From Candidatus Jorgensenbacteria bacterium RIFCSPLOWO2_01_FULL_45_25b (GTDB lineage: Bacteria > Patescibacteriota > Minisyncoccia > UBA6257 > GWB1-50-10): a stretch of DNA of 52,633 nt. Both the position numbers and the translations under genes were made by a program. Location: NCBI GenBank assembly GCA_001781035.1, contig MFKK01000034.1, positions 1 through 52,633 of the forward strand, given 5' to 3'. Each line of letters begins with the position of its first letter. The first letter of the stretch is position 1. Under the pieces are notes generated by a model. It had not been told where the DNA came from, did no database searches, and saw nothing but the letters and a program-made list of their open reading frames with translations. Below are positions 34,545 through 42,752 of this stretch, in pieces.

Positions 34545-35959
34545 TTGTGTATGACGCGCGCTAAAAGCGCGTAGTAGCCGATTATGAAGGGCAGGGTGAG
34601 GCGCGGGTGGATTTCCACTGATAGGTTTGAGAACAGACTAATGATTCCAAGTTCAGTTTTGAGGGGCAGAAGAGAGAGCCAGGCGAGTATTTGCGCGAGG
34701 TTTTGTGATACTTGATGCGTCGCTATTTGCAGGAAGCCGAGCGCCATTGTTGTCGGTATCAGTTCCATGATTAAAATGTTGGAAATAAGCGAGGTTAGGG
34801 AGATTTTTTCAAATGTTTGAATAAGTATCGGAGCAACCATGAGTTGCGCCGAGAGTGTCATTGCTGCGTTTTCTTTCCATCGCAGGAAACCTCCCCGAAG
34901 ATTGGTGATGTTTTGAATAGCCGGAAAGAGATAGACGATTCCGAGGAGCGCGAGAAACGAGAGCTGGAAGCCGACATCAAATGCGAGGATGTTCGGGTTT
35001 TGAAGCGCCATCACGAGCGCGCTAAGCATGATGATGTTTCTTGGAGCGTATACCCTTCCCATTATGGGCGCCATGTTTACCGCGATTCCCATAATTGCGG
35101 CGCGCATGACGGAGCTTTCTCCTCCCGTCATTATCACGAAGGCAATGATTCCCAATATTGCCACGAAAAACGCTGTCCTTTTTCTCCATATCGTTCCTAG
35201 TCCCGCAAGGAGAGCGGTTATTAGGATTGTGATATTGTATCCCGAGAGCGCCACAAGGTGGGTGGTGCCACTTTTCTTCATATCGTCTTTCAGGGTTTTT
35301 GAGAATTCTTCTTTCGCGCCAAGCGTGATTCCGCTCATGAAGGCGGATTCATTGTACGGGAGCGTTTTTTGGAAGACTCGTATTGCCCGATTCCTTATAT
35401 GAAAGAGAGTTTTTTTAACTGACACGTCTCCTTTTTCAAACTTCTTTATTTTTGGGAAGGAGAGTTCACCAAGTATCTGTTCTTTCTTTTCGTAATAAGA
35501 ACCGTATGGTTTGGGAATTTTTTTGACTACCCCTTCAAGTTCCAACACATCTCCATATTCATACTCCTCGTCGTTTTGAAGATTAACCTTTATATTTCCC
35601 TCGTGTTGCTCCTCCAGTTTTATGTTTATTGTTTGCAGGGCTCCTCTTTCGGGATTGTTTATAATTTTTCCCCGCCATATTTGTTTTTGTCCAAAAGGTA
35701 TTTGAATTGTTATCATTTCTTTGTTTTGTTTCCATGTATAAAACATAGCTCCCACAGGAGCGAGGAGCGCGAGGCAGGAGAATGTCAGCAACCATGTTCG
35801 TTTTGTCTCTAAGCCGGGAAATAAGAGGACGGCTATAAGAGTTAGAATGATGAGTATGATTGTGAGTTCAAGCACGGCCTCTCCCCTCCCAATGCTTTTT
35901 ACATATATTCCAAGCAGAAAGAAACAGGAGGCATAAAAAAACTTGTCGTGGAGGAACAT
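34529..35959 (-). CDS. comEC: ComEC/Rec2 DNA-uptake channel (DUF4131-like plus competence domain), lacking the MBL domain
   Basis: The protein is polytopic and shows 'SGTTHLVALSGYNITIL', typical of the ComEC competence domain. Confidence 0.8.
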   Translation of the reverse strand: MFLHDKFFYASCFFLLGIYVKSIGRGEAVLELTIILIILTLIAVLLFPGLETKRTWLLTFSCLALLAPVGAMFYTWKQNKEMITIQIPFGQKQIWRGKIINNPERGALQTINIKLEEQHEGNIKVNLQNDEEYEYGDVLELEGVVKKIPKPYGSYYEKKEQILGELSFPKIKKFEKGDVSVKKTLFHIRNRAIRVFQKTLPYNESAFMSGITLGAKEEFSKTLKDDMKKSGTTHLVALSGYNITILITALLAGLGTIWRKRTAFFVAILGIIAFVIMTGGESSVMRAAIMGIAVNMAPIMGRVYAPRNIIMLSALVMALQNPNILAFDVGFQLSFLALLGIVYLFPAIQNITNLRGGFLRWKENAAMTLSAQLMVAPILIQTFEKISLTSLISNILIMELIPTTMALGFLQIATHQVSQNLAQILAWLSLLPLKTELGIISLFSNLSVEIHPRLTLPFIIGYYALLARVIHKWKKS

Positions 35960-36008
35960 ACGTTCAAATTCCTAATTCCTAATTTCTAAAACAATGAAGT
36001 GAATTGTT

Positions 36009-37169
36009 CTATAAGATAATGCCACCACCGAGGAGCTCGCCTTGTTTTGAATAGAAGACGGCGGACTGGCCGGAAGCTATTGCTTTTTGGGGGCTCTCAA
36101 AAATTAGTTGAAAGTTGAGAGTTGAAAGTTTATGGAGAGTTGCCAACACGAGAGGTTGGCGGTAACGGATGCGAGTTAAAAGTTGAAAGTTGAGAGTTGA
36201 AAGTTTTGTTTCAGTTTTTGGATTTATAAAATGGACGTTGGTGAGAATTAGTTCTTTGCGGTAGAGGGTTGGGTTTTCATCTCCTTCGGCGACTGTGATT
36301 GTGTTTGTTTTAAGGTCTTTTGCGGTTATGTAGTGAGGTTTTGTTTTGGGGGAGTTTGTTACCCGCAATTTTTTATTTTTTTCCCGCAAATCCAAACCGT
36401 GGCGCTGGCCTATGGTGTAGTAGTAAATTCCGTTATGAGTTCCCAAGATTTTTCCCTCGGTGTTTACGATGTTTCCTGGTTTTTGCGGAATGTATTCTTT
36501 TAAAAAGTCCTCCAGCGTTATGGAGCCCAAGAAGCAGATGCCTTGTGAGTCCTTTTTGTCGGCGGTTGGGAGGCCGGCTTTGCGGGCGATTTCTCTGACC
36601 TTCGGCTTTAGATAATCTCCTATCGGGAAGAGACAGTGTTTTAATTGATTTTGGGTTAGTGTCCAGAGGAAGTAGGATTGGTCTTTCGCACTATCGCGAG
36701 CGCTCATCAACGAATACCAAATTTTTTTTGAATTTACGAATTTACGAATACTGAATTTTTTTATTCGTTTATTCGTATTTGATTCGTTATTCGTTGATAA
36801 TTTTACATAATGGCCTGTTGCGATGAAATTCGCGCCCATCTTCAGGGCTTCGCGGAGAAATAAATCAAATTTAATTTCCTTGTTGCACATGACATCCGGA
36901 TTCGGCGTACTGCCGTTTTTGTACCCCTCAATCATGTATTCCACTACCCTCTTTTTGTATTCTTCTTCAAAATCAAACACATAGAAAGGTATTCCAAGAT
37001 GAGACGCGACACGGCGCGCGTCTTCCGCGTCCTTCTCGGCGCAACCATCAAGATTCAGGCAGCGCATGAAGACGCCTGTTACGTTGTATCCTTGTTTTTG
37101 TAATAACAAAGCGGCGACGGAGCTATCTACCCCGCCACTTAGGCCGACGAAGACTTTGTTTTTTCGCAT
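36009..37169 (-). CDS. mnmA: tRNA 2-thiouridine(34) synthase MnmA carrying repeat-derived in-frame segments
   Basis: Motifs 'GLSGGVDSSVAA', 'ATGHY', 'KDQSYFL' and 'SGQSAVFY...GGGII' are present. Relative to E. coli MnmA there are about 22 extra aa between ATGHYV and DSAKDQSYFL. Confidence 0.9.
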   Translation of the reverse strand: MRKNKVFVGLSGGVDSSVAALLLQKQGYNVTGVFMRCLNLDGCAEKDAEDARRVASHLGIPFYVFDFEEEYKKRVVEYMIEGYKNGSTPNPDVMCNKEIKFDLFLREALKMGANFIATGHYVKLSTNNESNTNKRIKKFSIRKFVNSKKIWYSLMSARDSAKDQSYFLWTLTQNQLKHCLFPIGDYLKPKVREIARKAGLPTADKKDSQGICFLGSITLEDFLKEYIPQKPGNIVNTEGKILGTHNGIYYYTIGQRHGLDLREKNKKLRVTNSPKTKPHYITAKDLKTNTITVAEGDENPTLYRKELILTNVHFINPKTETKLSTLNFQLLTRIRYRQPLVLATLHKLSTLNFQLIFESPQKAIASGQSAVFYSKQGELLGGGIIL

Positions 37170-37268
37170 ATATTGCTATGGTATTCGGTTTGATGTTTTG
37201 GCACAAGATATTGGTAGAGTTTTTATGTTCTCTTGATTTGCGCTTTTTTATTGGTTATTCTATGAGGC

Positions 37269-37838
37269 ATGTTGTCGTATACGGATTTGAAACAGGGAAC
37301 GATTTTTGTGCGAGACGGAGAGCCGTGCCGTGTGTTGGAATACGAGTTTATTCGGATGCAACAGAGAAAACCCGTTGTTCAGCTAAAGATTCGGAAGCTG
37401 ATTTCGGGAAAGGCTATTCCCATGACGGCGTATCCCAGCGACACGTTTGAGGAGGCGGAAATTTCAACCGGAGAGGCGCGGTTTATTTATGAGAGCCGGG
37501 GAACATATTGGTTTCATCCTGTCGGGAATCCAAAAGAACGCTTTTCACTTACGGCGGATGCTATCGGAGAACAGGTGAAGTTTTTAAAACCCGGCATTCA
37601 GATTAAGGCTTTTCGTTTTGGTGAACAGATTATCGCCGTAGAATTGCCCGTGAAGATAGAGGTTGCGGTTACGGAGGCTCCTCCTTCGGTACGGGGCAAT
37701 ACCGCGCAGGGCGGGATGAAGACTGTTACGGTTGAGACGGGCGCGAAGGTTTTAACCCCCCTTTTTATTGAATCAGGAGACTTGATTCGGGTGAACACGC
37801 AGACGGGAGAGTATTCGGAGAGGGCGCAGAAGAGTTGA
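37269..37838 (+). CDS. efp: Elongation factor P
   Basis: The 189-aa protein begins 'DLKQGTIF..DGEPCRVLE' and contains 'VETG..V.VPLFI..GD.I.V.T..GEY..R'. Confidence 0.9.
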   Translation: MLSYTDLKQGTIFVRDGEPCRVLEYEFIRMQQRKPVVQLKIRKLISGKAIPMTAYPSDTFEEAEISTGEARFIYESRGTYWFHPVGNPKERFSLTADAIGEQVKFLKPGIQIKAFRFGEQIIAVELPVKIEVAVTEAPPSVRGNTAQGGMKTVTVETGAKVLTPLFIESGDLIRVNTQTGEYSERAQKS

Positions 37839-37903
37839 AAGTTGAAAGTTGAAAGTTGAAAGTTGAAAGTTGAAAGTTGAAAGTTGAAAGTTGAAAGTTG
37901 ACA
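37834..37903. repeat. Tandem array (GTTGAAA)x9 plus GTTGACA; contains the efp stop codon
   Basis: The array is a perfect 7-nt periodicity over 63 nt. The efp TGA (37836-37838) lies inside the first unit. Confidence 0.95.
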
Positions 37904-37941
37904 ACATTTTTCTGATTATTTATCAGGTGTCAAGTTTATTT

Positions 37942-39786
37942 TCATTTTTTCGCGAGGGCTTCGCGGAGCGCTTTTCGGAGTTCGTTTACATCATCTTTTG
38001 ATGATTTTTCTTTTTCTTTTGGTTTCATATCTTTTGGTTTTAGGTCGGCGAGCCCTATTTCTTTTTGTTTTTCGCCGTATTTTATGGAGGCAAATTTTTC
38101 TTCCAGTTTATCAATGATGGACTTGTGACTGCCATCCCGAACTTCTCCTCCCCGCTTTTTTTCTTGAAAATGCTGTTTTTTTTGATTTTGTCGCTCCACT
38201 TCTCCGGATTTTTCTTTGCCATTTCCCTCTCCCGCTATTTTTTGTTTTTGCTTGCGCATTTCTTTTTCCTCTTCCACTTCAATTCCTATTTCTCCGAGGT
38301 TCGCGAAGTATTTGTTTTTCGCTTTTTTGAAATCTTTTTCGCTTGGAATCGCGGTTATTTTTCCCTCTTTCACTTTTTTCAGACAGTCAATGCAATAGAT
38401 TGGCTTTCCTGGCGTCGGTTCAAAATTTAAAACAGTTTCTTTGCCGCAGACGTCGCAGACAGCCTCTACTTTCGGCGCTACGTTGGTGTTGCTCCACTTT
38501 TCAATTTCACTCTCAACTATTTTTCTCGGGCGGGCGTAGAGTCTTCTTGAGCGTTCAATGATTTCTTCCGCAGGCAGTACCGTTCTGGGAATTTTGAAGG
38601 GCGGAAGGGTGGTCGCGGAGAAGGGTCTTGATGTGATGCCGTCTACCATGAGTTTCAGATAAATGTGATAGTTTGGAATTCCTACCATGTCTATGGGAAC
38701 GAATTCCGGTTCAAATTCGCTTTCCAGAAATTCAGCGTCTGTCGCGCCTATACGGAAGATGACCATAGTTCCCGCGTTTCCGAAGACGGCATCGCGGACT
38801 TTTGTTGAAATATCCGTTTCTAACTGTCCGATATATTGATGGGCAATTGTGAGATTTAGGCGGTACTTCCTCGCTTCGGAGAGGACGTTCGCGAACGAGT
38901 CTGTCGCGAAATTTTGAAACTCGTCCACGTAGAGATAAAAATCCAGGCGTTCTTCTTCGGGAATGCGCACGCGTTCCATCGCGGAGAGCTGGATTTTGGT
39001 GATAAGCATGCCTCCCAGAAGCGCGGAATTATCCTCCCCTATCTTTCCTTTGGAGAGGTTTATCAGAAAAATTTTTCCGCTGTTCATGATATCAAAGATG
39101 TCTATGGTGCTTTTGTTTTGCCCAACGATGTTTCGGATGAGCGAGGTTGATAAGAACTGTCCCACCTTGTTTTGAATCGGCGCGATTGCTTCGTTTCTGA
39201 ACTGGTCGCGCCATTCTTCATACTCATGCACCCAGAAGGCGCGGACGACGGGGTCTTTTATGTTTTCCACGATTCGTTGGCGGAAATCCTTGTCTACGAG
39301 AATCCGATTGATTCCGAGGAGAGTGCTTCCGGGCGTTTCTACGAGCGCGAGGATGGCATTGTTTAAGATATATTCCATGCGCGCCGACCAGACGTTTGAC
39401 CAGATTTTTGTAAAAATACTCATCAAGCCCGAGGCGACCAGATTTTTATATTGCGGGTCGGGCATTTCAAGCACGTTGAAGCCTATGTGATATTCGGTAT
39501 CCGAGGGGTTGAAGTATATTACGTCCTCTTTTCTTGACGCGGGAATTTTCGAGAGGACGCTTTCCACGAGCTCTCCGTGCGGGTCTACAACGCACAGGCC
39601 TTCGCCGTTTTCAATATCTTGAACAATGAGATTGTGGAGGAAGGTGCTTTTTCCCGTTCCGGTTTTTCCGACGACGTAGAGATGCTGGCGCCGATCTTTT
39701 CGCTTGATGCCGAAGAGCCTGTTTTGGTTTCTAAAGTTGGTTCGCCCAAAATACACGACATCATCCTTGTTGCGAGCCTTTTCCAT
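37942..39786 (-). CDS. Second soluble VirD4/TraD-like ATPase with a C-terminal zinc ribbon and a Lys/Glu-rich tail
   Basis: It is a paralogue of 7749-9200: 'VGKTGTGKS', 'DPHGEL', 'FYLYVDEFQN', 'RKYRLNLTIAHQYIGQL'. It adds 'CDVCGKE...PGKPIYCIDC' and a ~150 aa charged tail. I placed the start at ATG 39786; the ORF-track start is 39834. Confidence 0.75.
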   Translation of the reverse strand: MEKARNKDDVVYFGRTNFRNQNRLFGIKRKDRRQHLYVVGKTGTGKSTFLHNLIVQDIENGEGLCVVDPHGELVESVLSKIPASRKEDVIYFNPSDTEYHIGFNVLEMPDPQYKNLVASGLMSIFTKIWSNVWSARMEYILNNAILALVETPGSTLLGINRILVDKDFRQRIVENIKDPVVRAFWVHEYEEWRDQFRNEAIAPIQNKVGQFLSTSLIRNIVGQNKSTIDIFDIMNSGKIFLINLSKGKIGEDNSALLGGMLITKIQLSAMERVRIPEEERLDFYLYVDEFQNFATDSFANVLSEARKYRLNLTIAHQYIGQLETDISTKVRDAVFGNAGTMVIFRIGATDAEFLESEFEPEFVPIDMVGIPNYHIYLKLMVDGITSRPFSATTLPPFKIPRTVLPAEEIIERSRRLYARPRKIVESEIEKWSNTNVAPKVEAVCDVCGKETVLNFEPTPGKPIYCIDCLKKVKEGKITAIPSEKDFKKAKNKYFANLGEIGIEVEEEKEMRKQKQKIAGEGNGKEKSGEVERQNQKKQHFQEKKRGGEVRDGSHKSIIDKLEEKFASIKYGEKQKEIGLADLKPKDMKPKEKEKSSKDDVNELRKALREALAKK

Positions 39787-39927
39787 GTTTTTATTATAGC
39801 AGATAACTTCATTTGACCCCGTTAGAAAGAACAAATATTATTCTGTCTTTATATACTCTTCTTGTTGCGACACAGGGGGACTTTCTAACGGGGTTTGACT
39901 TTTTTTCGTTTTTTATGTTTAGTTTAT

Positions 39928-40430
39928 GGGCGAGTATATCAGGCAATAGCTCCGCTTTTGCGGAGAGGAAAGTCCGGACACTCGGCCTTATGCGCGGCAC
40001 AAGGAAATTCTAATTTCTAATCTCTAAACCGACCGAAATTCGCAGTCAGTTTAGAATTTAAGATATTAGATATTAGGATTTTCTCGTGCTGTGCGTGAGG
40101 CAAGGGTAGCGGGTAATGCCCGTCGTCCGCGAGGATAGAGGTGCGAACAGAGACGTCTGGGCGCGAAAGCGCCTAGAGAGCCCAATCCTAAGCTAGATGG
40201 CTTAATTCCGCCATAGGGAGAAAAAAGCGGAAGTGAAACGGTCCCGACGTTTCAGTCGGGACTCCGACCTCGTAAGAGTGTCGGATGCTAAATCCTTACT
40301 TGAGTGCAAGGTCGCGCCAGCAGTGCTCCGCACTGGTTGGAGAACCGCTTGATCTTGAGGGCAACCGAGAGACCAGATAAATTATTGCCGCTCTTTTGAG
40401 TACAGAATCCGGCTTACGATATACTCGCCC
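39928..40430 (+). ncRNA. rnpB: RNase P RNA (bacterial type A-like) with insertions
   Basis: P1 pairs 'GGGCGAGUAUAUC' with 'GAUAUACUCGCCC'. The P4 strands are 'GAGGAAAGUCCGGAC' and 'ACAGAAUCCGGCUUA'. A terminator 'CCCCCUUCGGGGGUUUUGUUUU' follows. At ~503 nt it is longer than the usual 350-400 nt. Confidence 0.9.
40003..40083. repeat. AATTTCT-family hairpin inserted inside RNase P RNA
   Basis: 'ggaaattctaatttctaatctctaaac ... gtttagaatttaagatattagatattaggattttc' sits on the stem GCACAAG/CUCGUGC, shortly 3' of the P4 5' strand. Confidence 0.8.
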
Positions 40431-40447
40431 CCTTCGGGGGTTTTGTT

Positions 40448-40885
40448 TTACGCGTCAAGCGCCTGATTTACAAGTTTATCCGCTTCTTTGTTTTTTTCCC
40501 GCCGGATGGCAACGAAGCTTATTTCCTTAAAATTTTGTTTTAACACTCCGATTTCCGCGGAGAGTTTTTTTAGAGATTCTTCTTTGATTTTGTATTCCCC
40601 TTTTTGCTGTTTTACGAGAAGCTCGCTGTCGGAACGGATTTCAATTTCGGTTTCTTTCGCTTTCGCTTTTCCAAAAAGTTCTTCCGCTTTTTTTATGGCC
40701 ATAATAACCGCTTTGTATTCGGCAACGTTGTTTGTCGTCTTTCCGATGGTTTCGGCGTATGTTTTACTTGCCCCGAGTTTATTCGAGGGGTCGCCGATTA
40801 CGGCTCCAATCGCGGCAGGCCCGGGATTTCCCCTTGCCCCGCCGTCGGTATAGATGATGATTTTATGATTTTGTTTCGTTTGCAT
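40448..40885 (-). CDS. rnhA: Ribonuclease HI
   Basis: 'IYTDGGARGNPGPAAIG', 'TNNVAEY.A', and the later 'DSELLV' and 'NKEADKLVN' fit the DEDD catalytic pattern of RNase H1. The start is uncertain (40885 or 40912). Confidence 0.8.
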   Translation of the reverse strand: MQTKQNHKIIIYTDGGARGNPGPAAIGAVIGDPSNKLGASKTYAETIGKTTNNVAEYKAVIMAIKKAEELFGKAKAKETEIEIRSDSELLVKQQKGEYKIKEESLKKLSAEIGVLKQNFKEISFVAIRREKNKEADKLVNQALDA

Positions 40886-41483
40886 GTTCCGCGGGCAGTT
40901 TTGTGAATTCAAGAAGATAAGAGCCTATTCCCACATATTCTCCTCTCATAAAAGGTTTGAATTGTTCCCGTGTTTTTCCTGTTGTTTCCAGCGGATCTTT
41001 CATGACTACTTTTTTTGTAAGCGCAAAACCGTTTTTTTCAAAAAGCAGTCGCACATCATCAGGTTTTTGCCAGTTAGGCGTGTACGTTTCAATAATGTGT
41101 ACCACTCCCCCGTCCTGTAGTACCCGATGTATTTCACTTATTATATCTTTTAACGATGTCTCAAGACCTTCCCTGTCGTCCTCTTTTTCTGTAATTCTTG
41201 GGTCGCCAATTACGTTTTGCAGAATCACCTCATTTATTTTTTCACTTGCTATCGGAAGCGCCTCGCCTCGCGCGCGTATCACATCTTTTCTTTCTTCATG
41301 ACGTAGCACGGCATTCAATCTTTTTGTTTTTGTCTGACTTGGTTCTATCGCAATGTATCGCGTGTTATCATCTGGCTTGTTAGACATTCCATAAGGGGAA
41401 GGAAATAATCCCGCGCCGACCTCCAGAATGATACGGGCTTTGTTTGTTTCCGGCTGTTCAATTGTTGGTTTTTCAATTGACAT
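40863..41483 (-). CDS. Class I SAM-dependent methyltransferase
   Basis: Motif I 'ILEVGAGLF' and a post-I acidic residue 'IAIEPS' are present. The protein is 206 aa. Confidence 0.65.
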   Translation of the reverse strand: MSIEKPTIEQPETNKARIILEVGAGLFPSPYGMSNKPDDNTRYIAIEPSQTKTKRLNAVLRHEERKDVIRARGEALPIASEKINEVILQNVIGDPRITEKEDDREGLETSLKDIISEIHRVLQDGGVVHIIETYTPNWQKPDDVRLLFEKNGFALTKKVVMKDPLETTGKTREQFKPFMRGEYVGIGSYLLEFTKLPAEHANETKS

Positions 41484-41488
41484 GATAA

Positions 41489-42334
41489 TTATGATTTCCA
41501 GGGCAATGATGTGTTTTTTGGAATACGGAAGCTCGCCGCCGCTTTGTGTCCTCCTCCGCCGTATTTCTCCGCTATTTTCGCGACGTTTACGTTTCCGTCT
41601 GAACGGAGGGAGACTTTTATTTTCTTTCCGTCGTCATGCCAGATGATGGCGATTTTCGCGCCGTGTCTCACCAGTTCATTTCCGATTTCAGAGGCGAAGA
41701 TGGGGCTGTTTATGACTTTTGCCTTGTGGCCGTGAAATTTCACTTCTTTTGACTTTGAAACAAGGCGTCCGATGGTTCGTTTTTTGTGTTCCAATACTAT
41801 ACCTCCCTTTTTGATGACTTCTTGTCTTGTTTTTCGGTTTTCCAATTTTTTCGCGAGATTGTCCCAGGATTTGAAATTGTGGTTTTCGTCGTCAATTACG
41901 GCAAGTATCTCTTTCGCACGCGGGAGATTGAATTTCCAAAGGTCGCCATCTTCCACATATTTTATGATTTGGGGAAGCGGTTTTTTCGGGTGAAAGTGTT
42001 GCCACGCGAGAACCGCGCCTGAATGTTCATTTTTTCCCACGATTTCAATGTTTACGAGGTCCGACTTCGTAAGTTTACGAATAGCTTCGTATGCCGAGGC
42101 GTGATGGTCTATGATGATAATTTTTTTGTTTTTTTCCGCGAGATTTTTTATGATTTCCGGTTTATAAACAAAATCAAGCATGTAAATTGCCCCTCCTTCC
42201 AAATTTTCGGGCGGAGGAGTTTGATGTTCCACGGGAAGGTATCGCGCCTTTGTTTTTAATTTTTTCCACGTGGCCCAGGCGGCGGAGAAGCCGTCGGGGC
42301 AGTTTGCGTGGTAGAGGATGGTGATGGGGATCAT
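41489..42334 (-). CDS. DHH-family phosphoesterase (NrnA/oligoribonuclease-like)
   Basis: Motifs 'HANCPDG', 'IIIDHH' and 'GGGGHKAAA' (DHHA1) are present. Confidence 0.75.
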   Translation of the reverse strand: MIPITILYHANCPDGFSAAWATWKKLKTKARYLPVEHQTPPPENLEGGAIYMLDFVYKPEIIKNLAEKNKKIIIIDHHASAYEAIRKLTKSDLVNIEIVGKNEHSGAVLAWQHFHPKKPLPQIIKYVEDGDLWKFNLPRAKEILAVIDDENHNFKSWDNLAKKLENRKTRQEVIKKGGIVLEHKKRTIGRLVSKSKEVKFHGHKAKVINSPIFASEIGNELVRHGAKIAIIWHDDGKKIKVSLRSDGNVNVAKIAEKYGGGGHKAAASFRIPKNTSLPWKS

Positions 42335-42604
42335 GGTAAGTTAAAATTCAAAAGGCAAAATTACAATTCAAAAGTTAAAGGTTTACGAAAATTAATAAGG
42401 GTTAAATCTTTACATTTTTTATATTAATTGGTTTTGTTTAGGAGGTCAATTTAGTTAAAAAGAAAAACCCTCGCTTGGGGGCGAGAGAGTGATATTTTTT
42501 TTTGCGCTATTATTGAAATAATGAATCAAATGCACGTTGAAGTCTGGAGTTTAACGATGATGGTGATGTCTTTGCCAAGGCGCCCCTGTTTTTTTTGTTT
42601 AGCT

Positions 42605-42745
42605 TTATTTAAGAATTTCCATAAAATGTTTTCGCGCGCCACTTCGTTCGCTCTTGTTCACTGATTTTTTGCCAACATACCGCGCGTGTTTCCACCATCC
42701 GGTATGCGATCGCGATTTTTTGCTTGCGTATTGCGGTTTTCTCAT
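42605..42745 (-). CDS. Small basic protein, 46 aa (not in the ORF track)
   Basis: Manual translation gives MRKPQYASKKSRSHTGWWKHARYVGKKSVNKSERSGARKHFMEILK. It starts 7 nt after its paralogue ends. A terminator-like hairpin lies downstream near 42465-42500. Confidence 0.35.
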   Translation of the reverse strand: MRKPQYASKKSRSHTGWWKHARYVGKKSVNKSERSGARKHFMEILK

Positions 42746-42752
42746 GGGTATA

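Noticed and set aside
39813-40013. ORFs overlapping the rnpB 5' region and its upstream spacer (39809-40000 on the minus strand, 39813-40013 on the plus strand), and the 16-codon N-terminal extension of the second ATPase (39787-39834).
   Set aside because: They overlap RNase P RNA and the inverted-repeat region. By homology with the paralogue, the ATPase starts at the internal Met (MEKARNKDD...).
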